Shown piece by piece: positions 19,043 through 28,542 of a stretch of DNA of 64,000 nt. The notes beneath the pieces are model-generated. The model was given only the letters and a program-made list of their open reading frames with translations. It ran no database searches and was not told the origin of the DNA. The DNA is taken from the NCBI GenBank assembly GCA_014762505.1, contig JABURS010000019.1:12919-76918 (forward strand), in the 5' to 3' direction. Each line of letters starts with the position of its first letter. The stretch's first letter is position 1. The stretch is from Chromatiales bacterium (lineage in GTDB: Bacteria > Pseudomonadota > Gammaproteobacteria > SpSt-1174). Made by a program: the position numbers and the translations under genes.

Positions 19043-19840
19043 ATGCGCATGAGCACTGAAGACCAGAAGTCGCATCGCGCGATCTATCTCCTCCCCAACC
19101 TGTTCACCACGGCGGCGCTGTTTGCCGGTTTCTACGCCATCGCCGCCGCCATGGCCGGTCGCTTCGAGGCGGCGGCCGTGGCCATCTTCATCGCCATGGT
19201 GCTGGACGGCGTGGACGGGCGCGTGGCGCGCATGACCAATACCCAGAGCGCCTTCGGTGCCGAGTACGACAGCCTCGCCGACATGGTCTCCTTCGGCCTG
19301 GCCCCGGCCCTGGTGATGTATCAGTGGGCACTGGTCTACCTCGATCCCCTGGGTTTTGGCTGGGCCAAGACCGGCTGGCTGGCCGCCTTCCTCTATACGG
19401 CCTGCGCGGCCCTGCGGCTGGCCCGGTTCAATACCAAGGTGGGCGTCGCCGACAAGCGCTTCTTCCAGGGGCTGCCGAGCCCGACGGCGGCGGCCGTGCT
19501 CATGGGCATGGTCTGGGTGCTGAACGACCTCGAGGTGGAAGGGGAGGCCCTGCGCTACGTGGCCCTGGCGGTCACCGTGATCGTGGGCCTGCTGATGGTG
19601 AGCAACATCAGCTACTACAGCTTCAAGGACATCGATTTCCGCAACAAGGTGCCGTTCATCGCCATGCTGCTGGTGGTGGTGGTCTTCGTGGTCGCCTCGC
19701 TGGACCCGCCCAAGATCCTGCTCGCGGCCTTCGGCATCTACACCCTCTCGGGGCCGGTACTGGCCGTGATCCGCTGGCGGCGCAAGCGTGAACGGGCGCA
19801 GGAGTCCTCCGAGGAGCCCGATGCCGGGGACGGCGGCTAG
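19043..19840 (+). CDS. pssA: CDP-diacylglycerol--serine O-phosphatidyltransferase
   Basis: IYLLPNLFT, CDP-alcohol motif DGVDGRVAR...FGAEYDSLADMVSFG, LRLARFN. Confidence 0.93.
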   Translation: MRMSTEDQKSHRAIYLLPNLFTTAALFAGFYAIAAAMAGRFEAAAVAIFIAMVLDGVDGRVARMTNTQSAFGAEYDSLADMVSFGLAPALVMYQWALVYLDPLGFGWAKTGWLAAFLYTACAALRLARFNTKVGVADKRFFQGLPSPTAAAVLMGMVWVLNDLEVEGEALRYVALAVTVIVGLLMVSNISYYSFKDIDFRNKVPFIAMLLVVVVFVVASLDPPKILLAAFGIYTLSGPVLAVIRWRRKRERAQESSEEPDAGDGG

Positions 19841-19935
19841 AAAATCCCGCCCCGATACTTGGCAAGGCCGGTTTCGGCCGTTATAGTGGATCCAACTGCA
19901 ACTGATTATCGATTGACCAATCAATGCCCCATCCG

Positions 19936-20031
19936 ATGTCACAGACTGCGTTCCCGCACACCGCCTCCGCCGGTGTCGCGCGTCTGTGCCTGTCCGATCT
20001 GTCCCTGCTTGTGCTGCGACTGCCGCTGTAG
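19936..20031 (+). CDS. Putative leuA leader (attenuator) peptide
   Basis: Reads MSQTAFPHTASAGVARLCLSDLSLLVLRLPL*, with 8 Leu in the last 15 codons, about 135 nt upstream of leuA; alternative in-frame ATG at 19924. Confidence 0.7.
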   Translation: MSQTAFPHTASAGVARLCLSDLSLLVLRLPL

Positions 20032-20166
20032 CGGCGTCCATCTGGCCTGGCGAGGCGAAACGCACCCATTCTTTATCTATTTCGGAGTCCTGCTGGCCAG
20101 GACGATCCGGTACACTATCCCGATTCAGACGATCCGCCCGGCGCGGGTCGAACGGAGAATGTGAAC

Positions 20167-21717
20167 ATGGCGGACAAAGACAAACTCATCATCTTCGATA
20201 CCACCTTGCGCGACGGCGAGCAGAGCCCGGGCGCCTCCATGACCAAGGACGAAAAGGTGCGTATCGCCAAGGCCCTGGAAAAGATGCGCGTGGACGTGAT
20301 CGAGGCCGGTTTCCCGATCGCCAGCCCCGGCGACTTCGAGGCCGTGCAGGCGGTGGCCCGCAGCATCAAGGACAGCACCGTGTGCGGGCTTTCCCGTGCG
20401 CTGGACAAGGACATCGACCGTGCCGGCGAGGCCCTGAAGGACGCCAACTCGGCGCGCATCCACACCTTCATCGCCACCTCGCCCATCCACATGCAGGCGA
20501 AGCTGCGCATGGAGCCCGACCAGGTGCTCGAGCAGGCCGTGCGCGCGGTGAAGCGTGCCCGCCAGCACACCGACAACGTCGAGTTCTCGGCCGAGGACGC
20601 GGGGCGCTCCGAGCTCGATTTCCTCTGCCGCGTGATCGAGGCGGTGATCGACGCGGGTGCCACCACCATCAACATCCCGGACACCGTGGGCTACAACATC
20701 CCGCAGCAGTTCGGCGAGCTCATCGGCAACCTCATGTCGCGCGTGCCGAACGCCGACAAGGCCGTGTTCTCCGTGCATTGTCACAACGACCTGGGCCTGG
20801 CCGTCTCCAACTCGCTCGCCGCCGTACTCAACGGGGCGCGCCAGGTGGAGTGCACCATCAACGGCCTGGGCGAGCGTGCCGGCAACGCCTCGCTGGAGGA
20901 GATCGTCATGGCCGTGCGCACGCGCCAGGACGTCTTCTCCTGCGACACCGACCTCGACACCACGCAGATCGTGCCCTGCTCGCGCCTGGTGTCCGGCATC
21001 ACCGGCTTCCCGGTGCAGCCGAACAAGGCCATCGTCGGCGCCAATGCCTTTGCCCACGAGTCCGGCATCCACCAGGACGGCGTGCTCAAGTCGCGCGAGA
21101 CCTACGAAATCATGCGTGCCGAGGACGTCGGCTGGAGCGCCAACCGCATCGTGCTCGGCAAGCACTCGGGCCGCAATGCCTTCCGCACCCGCTGCCAGGA
21201 GATCGGCATCGAGTTCGAGACGGAGGAAGAGCTCAACCTGGCCTTCTCCAAGTTCAAGGACCTGGCCGACAAGAAGCACGACATCTTCGACGAGGACCTG
21301 CAGGCACTCGTCAGCGAGGCCAGCACGGCGGTCGAGGACGAGTGCTACAAGCTGCTGGCCCTGCGCGTGTGCTCGGAGACCGGCGAGACGCCGGTGGCGG
21401 GCATCACGCTCAGCGTCGACGGCGAGGAGAAGGCCGGCGAGTGTGCCGGCAGCGGGCCGGTGGATGCGGCCTTCCGCGCCATCGAGGAGATTGTCTCCAG
21501 CGGCACCCAGCTGCAGCTCTACTCGGTGAACAACATCACCAGCGGCACCGATGCGCAGGGCGAGGTGACCGTGCGCCTGGAGAAGGCCGGGCGCATCGTC
21601 AACGGCCTGGGGGCGGATACCGACATCGTCATCGCCTCGGCCAAGGCCTATCTCAACGCGCTGAACAAGCTGGTGGACCAGACCCAGCGCGCCCATCCCC
21701 AGCGGGACGGCGTATAG
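20167..21717 (+). CDS. leuA: 2-isopropylmalate synthase
   Basis: [40 protein letters not shown] and the C-terminal regulatory domain. Confidence 0.96.
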   Translation: MADKDKLIIFDTTLRDGEQSPGASMTKDEKVRIAKALEKMRVDVIEAGFPIASPGDFEAVQAVARSIKDSTVCGLSRALDKDIDRAGEALKDANSARIHTFIATSPIHMQAKLRMEPDQVLEQAVRAVKRARQHTDNVEFSAEDAGRSELDFLCRVIEAVIDAGATTINIPDTVGYNIPQQFGELIGNLMSRVPNADKAVFSVHCHNDLGLAVSNSLAAVLNGARQVECTINGLGERAGNASLEEIVMAVRTRQDVFSCDTDLDTTQIVPCSRLVSGITGFPVQPNKAIVGANAFAHESGIHQDGVLKSRETYEIMRAEDVGWSANRIVLGKHSGRNAFRTRCQEIGIEFETEEELNLAFSKFKDLADKKHDIFDEDLQALVSEASTAVEDECYKLLALRVCSETGETPVAGITLSVDGEEKAGECAGSGPVDAAFRAIEEIVSSGTQLQLYSVNNITSGTDAQGEVTVRLEKAGRIVNGLGADTDIVIASAKAYLNALNKLVDQTQRAHPQRDGV

Positions 21718-21766
21718 GAACCGAGGGGCCGGCATGACCGGCCCCTCGCGTGTGCGAGACCCGACC

Positions 21767-22552
21767 ATGCACGACGAACGACAACGCCGTTACCTGCAGG
21801 CCATGGGCATCCCGCTCTGGGTGCCGCGAGGTCCGTTGCCACGCGCGGCCACATCGGCGCAGGCCGTCACCGCACCGGTCCCGTCCCCGCCATCACCAGC
21901 GCAAGAACCGGAGCCGGTGGCGCCCGTCGCCCCGCCACTGGTCGAGGTGCCGCATGAGGCGGCATCACCGGCCGTGGCCATCGAACAGCTCGACTGGAAT
22001 GGGCTGCGGGAACAGGTCGCCGCCTGCACACGCTGTGCGGAACTGGCCGCCAGTCGTACCCAGACCGTGTTCGGCGTCGGCAATCCGGATGCCGACTGGC
22101 TGGTGATCGGCGAGGCCCCGGGCGCCGAGGAGGACCGCCAGGGCGAGCCCTTCGTCGGTCGCGCCGGCAAGCTGCTCGATGCCATGCTCGCGGCCATCGC
22201 GCTGGACCGCCAGCAGGCCTATATCGCCAACGTCCTCAAGTGCCGTCCGCCGAACAACCGCGACCCGCGGCCCGAGGAGGCGGCCAACTGCCGGCCCTGG
22301 CTCGATCGCCAGATCGCGCTCATCCGGCCGAAGCTCATCCTCGTGGTCGGCCGGATCGCCGCACAGACCCTGCTCGGCACCGACGCGCCGCTCTCGCGCC
22401 TGCGCGGCCAGGTGCACCGCCTGCCAGGAGCGGACATCCCGGTGATCGTCACCTACCACCCGGCCTATCTGCTGCGCATGCCGAAGGACAAGCGCAAGGC
22501 CTGGGACGACCTCAAGCTGGCCTGTCGGGTGATGGCCGGCGAGGTCGGCTGA
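21767..22552 (+). CDS. Family-4 uracil-DNA glycosylase with a psi(HolD)-like N-terminal peptide and Pro-rich linker
   Basis: CxxC...KCRPP...C Fe-S ligands, GEAPG, PFVG, HPAYLLR; N-terminus [17 protein letters not shown]. Confidence 0.88.
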   Translation: MHDERQRRYLQAMGIPLWVPRGPLPRAATSAQAVTAPVPSPPSPAQEPEPVAPVAPPLVEVPHEAASPAVAIEQLDWNGLREQVAACTRCAELAASRTQTVFGVGNPDADWLVIGEAPGAEEDRQGEPFVGRAGKLLDAMLAAIALDRQQAYIANVLKCRPPNNRDPRPEEAANCRPWLDRQIALIRPKLILVVGRIAAQTLLGTDAPLSRLRGQVHRLPGADIPVIVTYHPAYLLRMPKDKRKAWDDLKLACRVMAGEVG

Positions 22553-22563
22553 AGGGGGCGGGC

Positions 22564-23052
22564 GTGAACGCCGTCCGCGACCTGCCCAACCCGCTGCTGC
22601 GGCGCATGCGCACCGACGACCTGGACGCCGTGATGGCGATCGAGGTCCTTGCCTACCCCTATCCCTGGACGCGCGGCATCTTCCACGACTGCCTGCGCGT
22701 GGGCTATTCCTGCTGGGTGTACGAGGATCGTGGCACCCAGGCCCTCATGGCCTATGGCGTGATGACCTTTGCCGTGGACGAGTACCATGTCATGAACCTC
22801 ACCGTGCGCCCGGAGCTGCAGGGGCAGGGGCTGGGCCGGCGCCTGCTGCGCGACCTGGTGGAGATGAGCCGGCTCGCCGGCGCCGCGCGGGTGCTGCTCG
22901 AGGTGCGCCCGAGCAACGAGAACGCGCTTGCGCTCTACCGCTCCGAGGGCTTCGCCGAGGTCGGCCGGCGCAAGAACTACTACCCCTCCGCGGCCGGACG
23001 CGAGGACGCCCTGGTGCTGATCCGTGAGCTGCTGCCCGCCGCGGATGCCTGA
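22564..23052 (+). CDS. rimI: Ribosomal protein S18 alanine N-acetyltransferase
   Basis: YPWTRGIF, QGQGLG, LEVRPSN, ALYRSEGF...RRKNYY...REDA. Confidence 0.9.
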   Translation: MNAVRDLPNPLLRRMRTDDLDAVMAIEVLAYPYPWTRGIFHDCLRVGYSCWVYEDRGTQALMAYGVMTFAVDEYHVMNLTVRPELQGQGLGRRLLRDLVEMSRLAGAARVLLEVRPSNENALALYRSEGFAEVGRRKNYYPSAAGREDALVLIRELLPAADA

Positions 23053-23120
23053 TGCCGCCCGCGTGAATCCGGTATAATGCCGGACCGTTTCTTCCGACCC
23101 ATACCCACACAGTCCTGTCC

Positions 23121-24707
23121 ATGTCCGACTTTCTCGAGGAACTCGGCCGTCGTCGCACCTTCGCGATCATCTCGCACCCCGACGCCGGCAAGACCACCAT
23201 CACCGAAAAACTGCTGCTCTACGGCGGTGCGATCCAGCTCGCCGGTACCGTCAAGGGCAGAAAGTCGGCGCGTCACGCGACCTCGGACTGGATGGCCATG
23301 GAAAAGGAGCGCGGTATCTCCGTCACCTCCTCGGTGATGCAGTTCCCGTACAAGGGACGCATCGTCAACCTGCTGGATACCCCGGGGCACGAGGACTTCT
23401 CGGAAGACACCTACCGCACGCTGACCGCCGTCGACTCGGCGCTGATGGTCATCGATGCCGCCAAGGGCGTCGAGGAGCGCACCATCAAGCTGATGGAGGT
23501 CTGTCGCCTGCGCACCACGCCGATCATGACCTTCATCAACAAGCTCGACCGCGAGGGCCGCGAGACCATCGAGCTGCTGGACGAGGTCGAGAACGTGCTC
23601 AACATCCGCTGTGCGCCGGTCACCTGGCCCATCGGCATGGGCAAGCGCTTCAAGGGCGTGTACCACCTGCATCGCAATGCCGTTCACCTGTTCAGTCCCG
23701 CGCACGGGGGCAAGGTGCAACAGGGCGAGGTCATCGAGGGCCTGGACAATCCGCGCCTGGACGAGCTGCTGGGTGACCAGGCGCGCGAGCTGCGCGACGA
23801 GATCGAGCTGGTGCAGGCGGCGAGCAACGAGTTCGATCACGCGGCCTACCTCGCCGGCGAACTCACGCCCGTGTTCTTCGGTTCGGCGATCAACAACTTC
23901 GGCGTCAGCGAGCTGCTGGACGACTTCGTCGAGTACGCCCCGGCGCCGCAGCCGCGCGAGACCACCACGCGCGTCGTCGAGCCCCAGGAGGAAAAGCTCA
24001 CCGGCTTCATCTTCAAGGTGCAGGCCAACATGGACCCGCAGCATCGCGACCGCATCGCCTTCATGCGCATCTGTTCCGGCACCTTCACCAAGGGCATGAA
24101 GCTGCGCCAGGTGCGCATCGGCAAGGACGTCAAGATCAGCGACGCGCTGACCTTCATGGCCTCGGATCGCGAGCATGTCGATGAGGCCTTCCCGGGCGAC
24201 ATCCTCGGCCTGCACAACCACGGCACCATCCGCATCGGCGACACCTTCACCCAGGGCGAGGACCTGGCCTTCACCGGCATCCCCAACTTCGCGCCCGAGC
24301 TCTTCCGTCGCGCGCAGCTGCGTGACCCGCTCAAGATGAAGCAGCTGCAGAAGGGCCTGTCGCAGCTCTGCGAGGAGGGCGCCACCCAGCTGTTCCGTCC
24401 GCTCACCAACAACGACCTGATCCTCGGTGCGGTCGGTGTGCTGCAGTTCGACGTGGTCGCGCAGCGTCTCAAGGACGAGTACAACGTCGACTGCCAGTTC
24501 GAGGCCGTGAACGTGAACACCGCGCGCTGGGTGACCTCGGACGACAAGAAGCGGTTCGAGCAGTTCAAGGACAAGGCCGCCACCAACCTCGCCCTGGATC
24601 ATGCCGGTGAACTCGTCTACATCGCGCCCACCCGCGTGAACCTGCAGATGGCCATCGAGAAGTGGCCGGAGATCGAGTTCCACGCGACCCGCGAGCACGG
24701 CGGCTGA
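23121..24707 (+). CDS. prfC: Peptide chain release factor 3
   Basis: [34 protein letters not shown]. Confidence 0.97.
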   Translation: MSDFLEELGRRRTFAIISHPDAGKTTITEKLLLYGGAIQLAGTVKGRKSARHATSDWMAMEKERGISVTSSVMQFPYKGRIVNLLDTPGHEDFSEDTYRTLTAVDSALMVIDAAKGVEERTIKLMEVCRLRTTPIMTFINKLDREGRETIELLDEVENVLNIRCAPVTWPIGMGKRFKGVYHLHRNAVHLFSPAHGGKVQQGEVIEGLDNPRLDELLGDQARELRDEIELVQAASNEFDHAAYLAGELTPVFFGSAINNFGVSELLDDFVEYAPAPQPRETTTRVVEPQEEKLTGFIFKVQANMDPQHRDRIAFMRICSGTFTKGMKLRQVRIGKDVKISDALTFMASDREHVDEAFPGDILGLHNHGTIRIGDTFTQGEDLAFTGIPNFAPELFRRAQLRDPLKMKQLQKGLSQLCEEGATQLFRPLTNNDLILGAVGVLQFDVVAQRLKDEYNVDCQFEAVNVNTARWVTSDDKKRFEQFKDKAATNLALDHAGELVYIAPTRVNLQMAIEKWPEIEFHATREHGG

Positions 24708-24879
24708 GTGCAGCGTTCCGGGGGAATGCGCCACCCCTGATCGCGCCTTGCAGCGCTCCTACGGTTGCCTGTGTTCGGGGCCGGGCGGGAGTCCCGTCCG
24801 GCTGACTTTGCACCCGGTGCCCCGATGCGCGACCATGAGGCCGTTGGTCCCGTTGCCCCGAGGGGCAGAGGAGGGGAGT

Positions 24880-25455
24880 ATGGCCAGGCGCATCGTCATC
24901 ATCCAGGGGCATCCGGACCCGGACCCTTCGCATCTCGACCACGCGCTGGCAGCGGCGTATCGCGAGAGCGCGGAGGCGGCCGGCCACGAGGTGCGTGTGA
25001 TCGAGGTGGGACGACTCGATTTTCCACTGCTGCGCAACAAGCAGGACTTCGACCACGGCGAGGCACCGCCGGCGATTATTGATGCACAGCAGCACATCGA
25101 GTGGGCCGAGCATCTGCTGGTCCTGCATCCGCTCTGGCTTGGCGACATGCCCGCGCTGCTCAAGGCCTTTCTCGAGCAGGTGTTCCGGCCGGGATTCGGT
25201 TTCGAGGGTGGGCGGCGCATGCGCCCACGGCTCAGGGGGCGCAGCGCGCGCGTGGTGATCACCATGGGCATGCCGGCCTTCATCTACCGCTGGTATTTCG
25301 GTGCCCATAGCCTGAAGCTGCTCAGGCGCCATATCCTGGGCTTTTGCGGCTTCGGGCCGGTACGCAGCACGCTGCTGGGGCTTGTTGACACCAGCGATGC
25401 CCGCCGGCAGCGTTGGCTGGAACGGATGCGGGCCCTCGGGCGTGCCGGGGCGTAG
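24880..25455 (+). CDS. NAD(P)H-dependent oxidoreductase (flavodoxin-like, KefF/NQO family)
   Basis: IIQGHPD, HPLWLGDMPALLKAFLEQV, ITMGMP; GGAG RBS. Confidence 0.85.
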   Translation: MARRIVIIQGHPDPDPSHLDHALAAAYRESAEAAGHEVRVIEVGRLDFPLLRNKQDFDHGEAPPAIIDAQQHIEWAEHLLVLHPLWLGDMPALLKAFLEQVFRPGFGFEGGRRMRPRLRGRSARVVITMGMPAFIYRWYFGAHSLKLLRRHILGFCGFGPVRSTLLGLVDTSDARRQRWLERMRALGRAGA

Positions 25456-25582
25456 GGATCGGGATGGCCCGGGAGAAGACTGTACAACGCCAAACCAAGG
25501 GTAGGCACAGGCATGGTCCTCTGTGATCCCTGTGCCCCCTGTGGCCAAATGATCCAACTCACGACGGGATGCTGGAGGACGA

Positions 25583-26026
25583 ATGCTCAAGCTTCGGGTG
25601 CTGTTCGGTCTGCTCGCGCTCTCGCTGTTCGCCAACGCCTATCTCTTTGCCCGTTCCCAGGCGGCTTTACCGGCGCCACGGCCGGCGGTGATGCTGATCG
25701 CCCCCGCCGACCTCGGTCTCACCCCCGACCAGGCCCTGGCGTTGGAATCGGTGCGCCGCTTCGCCGAGATCCGTGCCGCGCGCCGCGAGGAGCAGCGCGC
25801 GGTGCCCGAGGCGCGGTTGCGGCAGGCCCTGACCGATGCGACGGTCTCGGCACAGGCGCTGGACGAGGCCCTGGAAGAGATTGGCGCCATCGATGCCGAA
25901 TACCGCTATCGTCTGGTGGGCGAGCTCATCCACTGGCGCGACGGCCTGAGCCCGGCGCAGCGCGGGCGGCTTGCGACCGAACTGGAGCAGCGGGGCCTGG
26001 GGGGCCTGATCTCACAGTGGCGTTGA
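25583..26026 (+). CDS. Periplasmic heavy-metal sensor-like protein (CpxP/ZraP/CnrX-like)
   Basis: N-terminal hydrophobic segment LALSLFAN, LGLTPDQ and LSPAQR repeats. Confidence 0.65.
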   Translation: MLKLRVLFGLLALSLFANAYLFARSQAALPAPRPAVMLIAPADLGLTPDQALALESVRRFAEIRAARREEQRAVPEARLRQALTDATVSAQALDEALEEIGAIDAEYRYRLVGELIHWRDGLSPAQRGRLATELEQRGLGGLISQWR

Positions 26027-26030
26027 GAGG

Positions 26031-26237
26031 ATGGCCATGCAGAAGACCCTGGTGATCATCGGTATCGTCATCCTCCTCGCGGGCCTGCTCTGGCCCTGGC
26101 TCGGCAAGCTGCCCATCGGCCGCCTGCCGGGCGACATCGTCATCGAGCGACCGGGCTTCAAGGCGTATTTCCCGCTTGCCACCATGCTCCTCGCCAGTCT
26201 CGTGCTCTCGCTACTGCTGTGGCTGTTTCGCAAATGA
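26031..26237 (+). CDS. DUF2905-like small membrane protein
   Basis: IGRLPGDI...YFPLATMLL motif with two hydrophobic segments. Confidence 0.8.
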   Translation: MAMQKTLVIIGIVILLAGLLWPWLGKLPIGRLPGDIVIERPGFKAYFPLATMLLASLVLSLLLWLFRK

Positions 26238-27490
26238 TGCATCACTCCATGGATCGGCGCCGCATGCTGGCCTGGACGCTCTACGACTGGGGCAATTCCG
26301 CCTTTGCCACCGTCGTCATGGCCGGTTTCTTCCCGCTGTTCTTCCGTTCCTACTGGAGCGCAGGACAGGACAGCGCACAGATCACCCTGCACCTGGGCAT
26401 GGCCAATTCCATCGGCAGCCTGGTGATCGTGCTCAGCGCCCCCCTCCTCGGTGCGCTGGCCGACCAGGGCAGCTTCAAGAAACGCTTCCTGAGCCTCTTC
26501 GCCCTGCTCGGTATTGCCATGACGCTCGGTCTCTACTGGGTGGCACAGGGCGAGTGGCTGCTTGCCGCCATGCTCTATGCCGCCGCCAGCATCGGCTTCA
26601 TGGGCGCGAACATCTTCTACGATGCACTGCTGGTCGACGTGGCCCCGCGTCACAAGTACGACTTCGTCTCCGGTCTGGGTTATGCCATGGGCTATCTCGG
26701 CGGCGGCCTCCTGTTCGCCTTCTGCGTCTACATGGTGCTCAATCCCGCCGACTTCGGTTTTGCGGACGATGCCGCGGCCGTACGCCTGTCCTTCCTGCTG
26801 GTGGGCATCTGGTGGCTGCTGTTCACGATGCCGCTGCTCTTCCTTGTGAAGGAGACGCCACACGCCACGCCGCGTGCGGGCATGGTCAAGGGGGGCTTTC
26901 GCCAGCTGATCGATACCTTCCACGAGGTGCGGCGTTATCGCGAGGTCTGGTGGTTCCTGCTGGCCTACTGGCTCTACATCGACGGTGTCGACACCATCGT
27001 GCGCATGGCGGCCGACTATGGCGCGGCGCTCGGATTCTCCACCGGTGACCTGATTCTCGCCCTGCTGATGATCCAGTTCATCGGTTTCCCCGCCGCCATC
27101 GCCTTCGGCAAGCTCGGCGAGCGTATCGGGCCGAAGACCGGCATCTACATCGGCCTGGCCGCCTATGCCGCGATCACGGTCTGGGGCGCGCTCATGACCG
27201 AGCTCTGGGAGTTCTTCGCCATTGCGGTTGGCGTCGGCCTGGTACAGGGTGGCGTGCAGTCGCTCAGCCGTTCGCTCTACGCGCGCCTCATTCCGCAGGA
27301 CAAGGCCGCCGAGTTCTTCGGCTTCTACAACATGCTGGGCAAGTTCGCGGCCGTGGCGGGTCCTTTCCTCATGGGCATAGTCGGCGTGCTCACCGGCAGT
27401 CCGCGCATCGCCATCTTCTCCCTGCTTGTGTTCTTCATCCTCGGCGCGCTACTGTTGCTCAAGGTACCCGAACGCAAGGAGCAGACGTGA
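26234..27490 (+). CDS. MFS transporter (UMF1/Atg22-like)
   Basis: WTLYDWGNSAF, FYDALL, GYAMGYLGG, QSLSRSLY, EFFGFY; multiple TM segments. Confidence 0.88.
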   Translation: MMHHSMDRRRMLAWTLYDWGNSAFATVVMAGFFPLFFRSYWSAGQDSAQITLHLGMANSIGSLVIVLSAPLLGALADQGSFKKRFLSLFALLGIAMTLGLYWVAQGEWLLAAMLYAAASIGFMGANIFYDALLVDVAPRHKYDFVSGLGYAMGYLGGGLLFAFCVYMVLNPADFGFADDAAAVRLSFLLVGIWWLLFTMPLLFLVKETPHATPRAGMVKGGFRQLIDTFHEVRRYREVWWFLLAYWLYIDGVDTIVRMAADYGAALGFSTGDLILALLMIQFIGFPAAIAFGKLGERIGPKTGIYIGLAAYAAITVWGALMTELWEFFAIAVGVGLVQGGVQSLSRSLYARLIPQDKAAEFFGFYNMLGKFAAVAGPFLMGIVGVLTGSPRIAIFSLLVFFILGALLLLKVPERKEQT

Positions 27491-27708
27491 TGAACGACGA
27501 GCGTCGCCAGGAATCGGTCGGTTTTCTCGGTACGCTGAAGAGCGTGCTGTCGGCCTTCTTCGGCGTGCAGAGCGAGTCCAACCGTGCGCGCGATTTCGAG
27601 AAGGGCAATCCCGTACATTTCATCGCCATCGCGCTCATCGCGACCGTCGGCTTCGTGCTGGTCATGTGGGGAATCGTGAGCGTGGTGCTGGGGCTGGCAA
27701 CGGGGTAG
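27487..27708 (+). CDS. DUF2970-like small membrane protein
   Basis: SVLSAFFGVQS...RDF...NPVHF motif. Confidence 0.8.
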   Translation: MMNDERRQESVGFLGTLKSVLSAFFGVQSESNRARDFEKGNPVHFIAIALIATVGFVLVMWGIVSVVLGLATG

Positions 27709-27900
27709 CTGGCGTACCGGCTGCATCTCTTCACGCACGAGGCCCTCGCCCCTGTGCTCCGGTCCTGCGGATGCAGTGTCCCGCGTCCCCGCATGTCGTC
27801 CCGGTATATCTCCCAGCTTTTTCCCAGGCAGTTCCCGGCCGGGATCCGGTAGATGCCGTTCAGGCGTCTATACTCGGGCGTGCAGGGGCAGGCCATATTA

Positions 27901-27919
27901 TATGTAAATGTTATATATG
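27901..27919 (+). promoter_or_regulatory. Candidate NsrR-like operator upstream of norC
   Basis: ATGTAA-N5-ATATAT in an AT island; 2 mismatches to ATGyAT-N5-ATrCAT. Confidence 0.35.
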
Positions 27920-28038
27920 TTATAAATCCGCGAGGGGCATGCCCCGGGTACGCAATGCAGGGCCCAGGCAGCTGGGAGACGCATCGTGGGCCAAGGGGCA
28001 CAGAAACCCGGGCCTGCGGAATCAAGGGAGGACGAGAA

Positions 28039-28491
28039 ATGCATGAGGGACTCACCAAGGCGGCGGCGCGCAATATCTTCTATGGCGGTTCGCTGTTTTT
28101 CTTTCTGCTGTTCGTCGGCCTCACGGCGCACAGCCATCTCTATATCGTCAATACCTCCACGGACCGTGAGGGACTGACCGAGTCGGTACGGCATGGCAAG
28201 GAGGTCTGGGAGAAGAACAACTGCATCAACTGCCACACTATCCTCGGCGAGGGCGCCTATTTCGCCCCGGAGCTCGGCAATGTCTGGACCCGTTTCGGCG
28301 GCCGGGAGAATCCCGAGGCGGCCCGCGCCGCGATTGCGGGCTGGATGCGTGCCATGCCCACCGGCGCGCCGGGCCGGCGCCAGATGCCGTACTTCGATCT
28401 CAGCGACGAGGAGATGGATGCGCTGATCGATTTCCTGCAGTGGACCGACTCCATCGACACACAGAACTGGCCACCCCATCGTTCCGGCTGA
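28039..28491 (+). CDS. norC: Nitric oxide reductase cytochrome c subunit
   Basis: ARNIFYGGS, CINCH heme motif, GEGAYFAPEL, GRRQMP. Confidence 0.95.
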   Translation: MHEGLTKAAARNIFYGGSLFFFLLFVGLTAHSHLYIVNTSTDREGLTESVRHGKEVWEKNNCINCHTILGEGAYFAPELGNVWTRFGGRENPEAARAAIAGWMRAMPTGAPGRRQMPYFDLSDEEMDALIDFLQWTDSIDTQNWPPHRSG

Positions 28492-28542
28492 GCGCTGCGG
28501 GCGATTGCATACGGTATTCACGATCCAAGGAGGACAGGACGT

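Noticed and set aside
25495..25548. Hairpin with CTGTG repeats between the oxidoreductase and the metal-sensor gene
   Set aside because: Single, degenerate copy in the window; cannot be supported as a repeat family or terminator
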